Positions 58,214-64,000 of a stretch of 64,000 nt of DNA are shown here, piece by piece. The stretch is from an uncultured Bacilli bacterium (GTDB lineage: Bacteria; Bacillota_I; Bacilli_A; RF39; UBA660), in NCBI GenBank assembly GCA_934122275.1, contig CAKOWI010000002.1, positions 64,762-128,761 of the forward strand, given 5' to 3'. Position numbers and translations under genes: made by a program. The stretch's first letter is position 1. Each line of letters starts with the position of its first letter. The notes under the pieces were generated by a model, which saw only the letters and a program-made list of their open reading frames with translations, was not told the origin of the DNA and searched no databases.

Positions 58214-60403
58214 ATGGATACTTATATAAAGGGAACTTATAAAAAAAATATTTTTTCCTCTAAGGATGGATTTACGGTTGGACTTATTAAGATAAAAGAT
58301 ACTGATTATGTAGATTTAGAAGATTATAAAGACAAATTATTTACGTTTACTGGTTTGTTTGCAAACATTAATATAGATGAAGACTATATTTTTTATGGAA
58401 ATATAATTGATAATCCAAAGTATGGTATTCAGTATAGTGTTAATAAGTATGAGAAAATTATGCCTGAAGATAAAGATGAATTGATTGTGTTTTTATCTAG
58501 TGATATTTTTAGCGGAGTAGGAGAAAAAACAGCTACTCAAATAGTTGAGTATTTAGGTGAAGATTGTTTAAGATTAATATCAGATAATTATGAAAATTTA
58601 CTTGTAGTACCTAAAATGACTTCTAAAAGAGCTTTAGATATTCATAATAAGTTAATAAAATATAATGAAAGTTTTGAAACAGTTGTTTATCTAACTAATT
58701 TAGGTTTTAACATGAAAGATGCACTAAAAATATATAATCATTATTTAGAAGATACGATAAGAGTATTAGAAAATAATCCTTATGAATTAATTGATACGAT
58801 AGATGGAATTAGTTTTTCAAAGATTGATTCTTTAAGAGAAAAGATAAATATTGATATAAATGATGAAAGAAGAATACTTGCATTAATCGTAAACATAATA
58901 AAAACTTTATGTTTTAATTTAGGAGATACTTATTTAGATATAGAAAGTATTTATAATTCTATAAACTCTTATTATGAGCTTAATTTAAGCAAAGAAAAAA
59001 TAGATTATTATTTAATGGAATTAAATAGTTTGGGTAAAATAGTTATTGAAAATAATAAATATATGTTATCTGATTATTATGAATATGAAAACTATGTTGG
59101 TGATACAATATATTATATTGCTAATAAAAAAGATTATAAAATAGATGATATAGATGTAAAAATAGAAAAATTAGAGAGTTTTTTTGATATATCATATAAT
59201 GATGAACAAAAAAGAGCAATTAAACAAGCTTTAATTAAAAATTTTTCAATTATAACTGGTGGTCCTGGTACTGGTAAAACAACTATAGTAAAAGGTATTG
59301 TTCAGTTATTTAAAATGATATCTGGATATTCATTTAATAAATTAAGTGAAAGATTAATTCTTTTAGCACCAACAGGTAGAGCGGCAAAAAGGTTATCTGA
59401 AGCTTGTTTATTTCCAGCATCAACCATTCATAGATACCTAAAGTGGAATAAAGAAACTGGAGAGTTTCAGTATAATGAAAGAAACAAAGTTAAAGCAGAA
59501 TTTATTATAATAGATGAAACTAGTATGATAGATTTAGAATTATTATATAATTTGCTAAAAGCACTACCATCAAGTATAAGATTAGTATTTATAGGAGATT
59601 ATAATCAATTAGAAAGTGTAGGGCCTGGTAAAATACTTAAGGATTTAATTGATTCAGAAGTAGTTAATACTATATTTTTAAAGGAAATATATAGGCAAGG
59701 TCAAAATTCGTTTATTACAGAAATTGCATATGAAGTTAATAGTGGGGAGTTATCTGAAAACTTTTTGGATAAAAAAGATGACTATAATTTCATTAAGTGT
59801 GAAGATTATGACGTTGCAAAAATAACTTGTATGTTAGCATATAAAGCAAAAGAAAAGGGCTATAATTTAAAAAACATACAAGTTTTAGCACCTATGTATA
59901 AGGGCGAATATGGTATTGATAATTTAAATAAAATACTTCAAAATATCTTTAATCCAGCATCTATAGATAAAGATGAAATATATGATGGTAATATAGTATA
60001 TAGAGTTGGTGATAAAGTACTTCAATTAGAAAATATGCCAGATGATAATGTGTTTAATGGTGATATAGGTTTTATTGAAAGTATTAAGGGTAATGAAGTT
60101 ACTATTGATTTTGATGGTAATAAAGTAAAATATGCAAAAAAAGATTTAAAAGCAATAAAACATGGATATGCAATTAGTATTCATAAAGCACAAGGTAGTG
60201 AATTTGAAATAGTAATTATGCCAGTAGTTAGTTCATATAGAATAATGTTATATAAAAAGCTAATATATACTGGAATTACAAGAGCTAAAAAATCTCTTAC
60301 TTTAGTTGGTGATCCTAAAGCTTTTTATAAGGCAGTATATAACATAGGAAATAAAGAGAGAAAAACACTTTTAAAAGATATGATAGTTAAAAATATTTTA
60401 TAG
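58214..60403 (+). CDS. recD2: RecD2-type ATP-dependent DNA helicase
   Basis: N-terminal HhH region, Walker A 'GGPGTGKTT', 'IIIDETSM', C-terminal 'YAISIHKAQGSEF'. Confidence 0.9.
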   Translation: MDTYIKGTYKKNIFSSKDGFTVGLIKIKDTDYVDLEDYKDKLFTFTGLFANINIDEDYIFYGNIIDNPKYGIQYSVNKYEKIMPEDKDELIVFLSSDIFSGVGEKTATQIVEYLGEDCLRLISDNYENLLVVPKMTSKRALDIHNKLIKYNESFETVVYLTNLGFNMKDALKIYNHYLEDTIRVLENNPYELIDTIDGISFSKIDSLREKINIDINDERRILALIVNIIKTLCFNLGDTYLDIESIYNSINSYYELNLSKEKIDYYLMELNSLGKIVIENNKYMLSDYYEYENYVGDTIYYIANKKDYKIDDIDVKIEKLESFFDISYNDEQKRAIKQALIKNFSIITGGPGTGKTTIVKGIVQLFKMISGYSFNKLSERLILLAPTGRAAKRLSEACLFPASTIHRYLKWNKETGEFQYNERNKVKAEFIIIDETSMIDLELLYNLLKALPSSIRLVFIGDYNQLESVGPGKILKDLIDSEVVNTIFLKEIYRQGQNSFITEIAYEVNSGELSENFLDKKDDYNFIKCEDYDVAKITCMLAYKAKEKGYNLKNIQVLAPMYKGEYGIDNLNKILQNIFNPASIDKDEIYDGNIVYRVGDKVLQLENMPDDNVFNGDIGFIESIKGNEVTIDFDGNKVKYAKKDLKAIKHGYAISIHKAQGSEFEIVIMPVVSSYRIMLYKKLIYTGITRAKKSLTLVGDPKAFYKAVYNIGNKERKTLLKDMIVKNIL

Positions 60404-60434
60404 TATATTATTAAAATTTTCATGCATAATACTA

Positions 60435-60466
60435 ATGGCACTAATTTTGTGCCATATTCATATTTT
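60435..60466 (+). terminator. Rho-independent terminator after recD2
   Basis: atggcac-taatttt-gtgccat followed by a T-rich tail. Confidence 0.65.
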
Positions 60467-60484
60467 TGGTAAGAGGTGATTTTT

Positions 60485-60649
60485 TTGAAAACATTAAATA
60501 ACCTTGGTTGGATGCTTTTAGGTGTTGCAGTAGGTTCAGGAGCTTTATATTGCTATAATGAATGTTCATGCAACGGTGGTATTAAAAAGACAATAAATAA
60601 GGTTAAGAAAACAGCAGAAGATAAAATAGAAAATATGATGGGAAAATAG
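60485..60649 (+). CDS. Small (54 aa) membrane protein, YtxH-like, not in the ORF track
   Basis: TTG start 6 nt after RBS 'agaggtg'. Sequence 'MKTLNNLGWMLLGVAVGSGALYCYNECSCNGGIKKTINKVKKTAEDKIENMMGK'. Followed by its own terminator aatagcaaa-ttta-tttgctatt. Confidence 0.45.
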   Translation: MKTLNNLGWMLLGVAVGSGALYCYNECSCNGGIKKTINKVKKTAEDKIENMMGK

Positions 60650-60707
60650 CAAATTTATTTTGCTATTTTCTTTTATTCATACTATAATTGATAGTAGGTG
60701 GTATGGT

Positions 60708-61439
60708 ATGAAGTTATTGGAGTATATAGAGTATTTGAAAAGTGAGATAGATAAGTTAAAAAAAGAAATACTATCTATTGAAATTAAAAAAGCAAAATTA
60801 GAAATGAATTTAAAAAAGAAAAATAATCAAATTACATTTGAGGATTTAACTAACTTAAATGGTGTTCAAGATTTACAAAGGTTAGACATGTCATTAGATA
60901 TAAAGAAAAGATATTTAGCTTATTATGAGGAACTATTTAAAGATTATAGTAGTAAAATTTTATACAGAAGTTCATTTAACGTTGATGAAATAGGTTTAGT
61001 ATTAGAAGAACTATTAAATGAAGTAACTAATAAAAAATATAAATATAATAAAATAATTAATAGGACTACTACTTATAGCACTAATAGATATGGAGAAAAT
61101 AATTCATATAATGATAATGTAGTAGCATATATAGGTTTAGATGATAGAAATTATGATATTAACTTATTATATAATGATCCTGATGTAATTATTCTAAGCA
61201 ATAATTGTTTAAACGATAGTATTTGCTTTTATGATGATGAATGTAATAAAACAATTAACGTTAAGAAAAATGATGTTATATATGATTTTATTGATTATTT
61301 AATAGCATATCGTATAGAAAATGATGTGATTTATATAAGCAAAGAAAAATTACAAGATTTATTAAGTAAATATAATCCTAATTGTAGTAAGAATAAAGAA
61401 AATATATTTATAAAAAAATATAATACATGTTATAATTAG
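60708..61439 (+). CDS. Hypothetical protein (coiled-coil N-terminus, Cys-containing C-terminal half)
   Basis: ATG at 60708 with RBS 'aggtgg'; 243 aa. Confidence 0.5.
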   Translation: MKLLEYIEYLKSEIDKLKKEILSIEIKKAKLEMNLKKKNNQITFEDLTNLNGVQDLQRLDMSLDIKKRYLAYYEELFKDYSSKILYRSSFNVDEIGLVLEELLNEVTNKKYKYNKIINRTTTYSTNRYGENNSYNDNVVAYIGLDDRNYDINLLYNDPDVIILSNNCLNDSICFYDDECNKTINVKKNDVIYDFIDYLIAYRIENDVIYISKEKLQDLLSKYNPNCSKNKENIFIKKYNTCYN

Positions 61440-61455
61440 TAATAGGAGGTACAGT

Positions 61456-62022
61456 ATGGACGTAGGAAAGAAACTAACAAAAAGATTTAATACATCATTA
61501 ATTATTTCAATAATATTTATAATTATAGGTTTATTTTTATTTATTAAACCAGATACAACTATTACCGTAATTTCATATACTTTTGGAGGTATATTAATAA
61601 TAAGTGGTATATTTTCAATGTATAAGTATTTTACTAGTGATGGAATAATGGGAGCATTTAGTTTTGATTTAGTATATGGAGTATTACTTTTAATAGCAGG
61701 TATATTTTTAATAGCAAAACCTACTGTTTTAGAATCATTTTTTCCAATTATACTTGGTATTTGGATTATAATTAATAGTGTGACTAAATTTCAATATTCG
61801 CTTGTTTTAAAAAAAGCAGCAAATGGTGACTGGCCATATACATGTATTATATCTATACTAACATTTATTTGGGGAATAATATTACTTTTTAATCCTCTTA
61901 AAACAGCTTTAATGATTACACAAATAATTGGAATATTTATAATTGTCTATGCATTTTTAGACATAGTAGATAACTTTATAATAAGAAAAAACATTAAAGA
62001 TATTTTAGAACTTTTTAAATAA
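61456..62022 (+). CDS. DUF308/HdeD-like multi-pass membrane protein
   Basis: Six short TM helices with a repeated 'GILLII.GIF' pattern; RBS 'ggaggt'. Confidence 0.6.
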   Translation: MDVGKKLTKRFNTSLIISIIFIIIGLFLFIKPDTTITVISYTFGGILIISGIFSMYKYFTSDGIMGAFSFDLVYGVLLLIAGIFLIAKPTVLESFFPIILGIWIIINSVTKFQYSLVLKKAANGDWPYTCIISILTFIWGIILLFNPLKTALMITQIIGIFIIVYAFLDIVDNFIIRKNIKDILELFK

Positions 62023-62048
62023 TCACAAAATGTGATTATTTTTTCTTG
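62018..62048 (+). terminator. Rho-independent terminator
   Basis: aatcaca-aaa-tgtgatt followed by T6. Confidence 0.65.
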
Positions 62049-62103
62049 AGAAAATTGTGAATTTATGATACTATTTAGTTAATAATAAAATAGAGGTGTT
62101 GAC

Positions 62104-64000
62104 ATGAAAAAGAAAAGTAATAAGTATGGTTTTACGTTAGTTGAACTATTAGTAACTATAGCGATAATGCTTTCTATAACGGTACTTGCAATAGTTAATA
62201 TAGTTGGAGTATCAAATAGAAAGAAAAAGGAAGCTTGGGTAAGTGTTAAAGAAGAAATAGAAACAGCAGCTTCTGATTACTTCAAATATAATGAGTATTT
62301 ATTTGAAGGATTAGATGACGGTGATAATCTTAATGGTTATATTACTGTTGGATCACTTGTTAGTGATGATTATATAAGTAAAGTAACAGATCCAAGAACA
62401 GGTAAGGCAGTATCTTATTGTACTAAAGTAAAGGTAACTAAAAATGCTAGAGGAATGACGTCGGAAGTAGTTGAAGATACTATATCTAATGATAATAAGG
62501 CTGAAAGTTGTAGTAATTCATATTCTGTAACTGTATCAAATGCTAAAAATGCACCAGAAATATTAACTAGCTATGACTGTCAAGAAAACGAAGATACCAA
62601 AGTTGAAGATGGTTGGTGTACTAATAAATCTGATAAGGTACCGATAAAAGCAATTGCTAAACCTGTAAATGGTTCTAGTATTAAAAGTTTTGCGGCTGAA
62701 TCACTAAAATCCATTAGTATTGATGAAAGTAAAAAAACAACTACAGAAATTCACTGTTACATAAAAGAAGAAACTTCTAGTAGTTATGTTAAGTTTGTTG
62801 CAGAAAGTGTGGATGGTGGTAGAACAGAAACAATTATCGATAAGTTAAAGTGGGATAAAACAGGTCCTTATGGTACTCTAGAAATAAAAAGTAGTAAAAA
62901 TGGTTATAAATCTAATAATGTTCACTTTAGCTTAGATGCAAAAGATAGTCTTAGTGGATTTAATGAAAAAAGTATAACACTATCAATATTAAATGGTAAT
63001 AAAATTAGTAATATAAGTAATGATGTTGGATTTGTTCCAGTAGGAAGCTCATCTTATCAAACAGGGGAATATACTATAGCTAAAACATTGGATGGAAAAA
63101 AGAAAAGTGCTAGCGTAGAAGTTTATGATAAAGCTGGAAATTCTTCTACTATAGACAGTGATGCTTATGTAGTTTATCAAGAGTGCACTAATAAAGTAGC
63201 TGATGGTACTTCAACTTCAACTAGTGATTGTTCAAAATCTTGTGGTGGCGGAACACAAACGAAAAAAACAGTTTACAAGTATAAAGATGCTAATACTGGC
63301 AAAAGTTGTACTTCTGAAGAAAGTTCAGAAACATTAGCTTGTAATACACAATCATGTCAAGAATTATCGTGTCCAACAGTTACAGTTAAAGGAGCTGTTA
63401 AGGGAAATGGTAATTGGTATAAGAAAGGTGACAGCGAAACTCAAATTGAAATAACACCTACTTCTGGTACATCATATTGGTCATGGGCAACTGATGGTTC
63501 AGACGGAAAATTAAAAGTTTGGACAAATAACAATAAAGGAAAACAATTGAAATCTTTAGGAGATGGAAAAAGAAAGTATCAAATAGTTGTATATGATTCA
63601 AATGGTAATAGTAAAAAATGTGATGGAGATTTATGGATTGATACTACAAAACCTAGTGTAAAAATAGATTATATTAAAGTATATCAAGTAAATGGAAATC
63701 TTGCTAATCTTAGAAGTGATAATGTAAAAAATAGAAATGATGGTGGAAATAGTGTGCCTAAATTATTAGATAAATCAGGTGGCGTGGCTTCTTGTTTGAA
63801 GAAAGGTCAACAATATGAAAATGGTTCATACACTTGTAAAGAAGGTAGTAGCTATAACGTTAGTGATAATCTTACTTCATCTAGTAATTTATATTTAAAA
63901 TATTATGTAAATGTAATTAGTGGTGATTATTGTACTCACGTAAATAACTATGGCTGTAATAAAGTAAATACACCTTATCCATTCCCTACAAAATATAAGC
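62104..64000 (+). CDS. Large prepilin-type (type IV pilin-like) protein, 3'-truncated by the window edge
   Basis: Class III signal 'KYG|FTLVELLVTIAIMLSITVLAIV' (G-F-T-x-x-E). ORF is open for more than 630 codons to the window end. Cys-rich blocks 'CSKSCGGGTQT...CTSEESSETLACNTQSCQELSCP'. RBS 'gaggtg'. Confidence 0.75.
   Translation, partial: MKKKSNKYGFTLVELLVTIAIMLSITVLAIVNIVGVSNRKKKEAWVSVKEEIETAASDYFKYNEYLFEGLDDGDNLNGYITVGSLVSDDYISKVTDPRTGKAVSYCTKVKVTKNARGMTSEVVEDTISNDNKAESCSNSYSVTVSNAKNAPEILTSYDCQENEDTKVEDGWCTNKSDKVPIKAIAKPVNGSSIKSFAAESLKSISIDESKKTTTEIHCYIKEETSSSYVKFVAESVDGGRTETIIDKLKWDKTGPYGTLEIKSSKNGYKSNNVHFSLDAKDSLSGFNEKSITLSILNGNKISNISNDVGFVPVGSSSYQTGEYTIAKTLDGKKKSASVEVYDKAGNSSTIDSDAYVVYQECTNKVADGTSTSTSDCSKSCGGGTQTKKTVYKYKDANTGKSCTSEESSETLACNTQSCQELSCPTVTVKGAVKGNGNWYKKGDSETQIEITPTSGTSYWSWATDGSDGKLKVWTNNNKGKQLKSLGDGKRKYQIVVYDSNGNSKKCDGDLWIDTTKPSVKIDYIKVYQVNGNLANLRSDNVKNRNDGGNSVPKLLDKSGGVASCLKKGQQYENGSYTCKEGSSYNVSDNLTSSSNLYLKYYVNVISGDYCTHVNNYGCNKVNTPYPFPTKYK

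Overview
This is a very AT-rich (roughly 25-30% GC by eye) chromosomal window from a low-GC Firmicute with Clostridium-like gene content and codon usage. Nearly all genes lie on the + strand. The conserved backbone includes rplS-lepB, rbgA-rnhB-topA, ruvA-ruvB-queA-tgt, lysS-pssA-psd, hrcA-grpE-dnaK-(pepF)-dnaJ, metG with a T-box leader, mtaB and recD2. There are two tRNAs (Arg-CCT, Thr-GGT) and a cadC/cadA-like metal-efflux pair. Between the core blocks sit accessory or unusual loci. (1) A decayed defence/MGE-like patch at 2.5-8.3 kb: RhuM pseudogene and fragment, two copies of a DinD-C-terminal-like mini-gene, a DUF1016 PD-(D/E)xK nuclease, GNATs, a small overlapping P-loop pair, and repeated junction motifs. 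(2) A 1.4 kb islet downstream of tRNA-Thr, bounded by an imperfect direct repeat of the tRNA 3' end, carrying one Rx4H (HEPN-like) orphan gene. (3) A 554-aa sigma-70-like protein with long N- and C-terminal extensions. (4) A surface adhesin with a candidate internal-thioester (TED) N-domain plus Cna-B-type repeats. (5) A convergent pair made of a 451-aa tandem, degenerate ThyX-like protein with a Cys/His-rich tail and a 337-aa Clp/Hsp100 D1-only AAA+ ATPase. (6) A large prepilin-domain protein running off the window end. No CRISPR array, rRNA, transposase or integrase gene was seen. All calls rest on reading the sequence and ORF translations by eye, with no database searches; motif-level assignments are stated as such.
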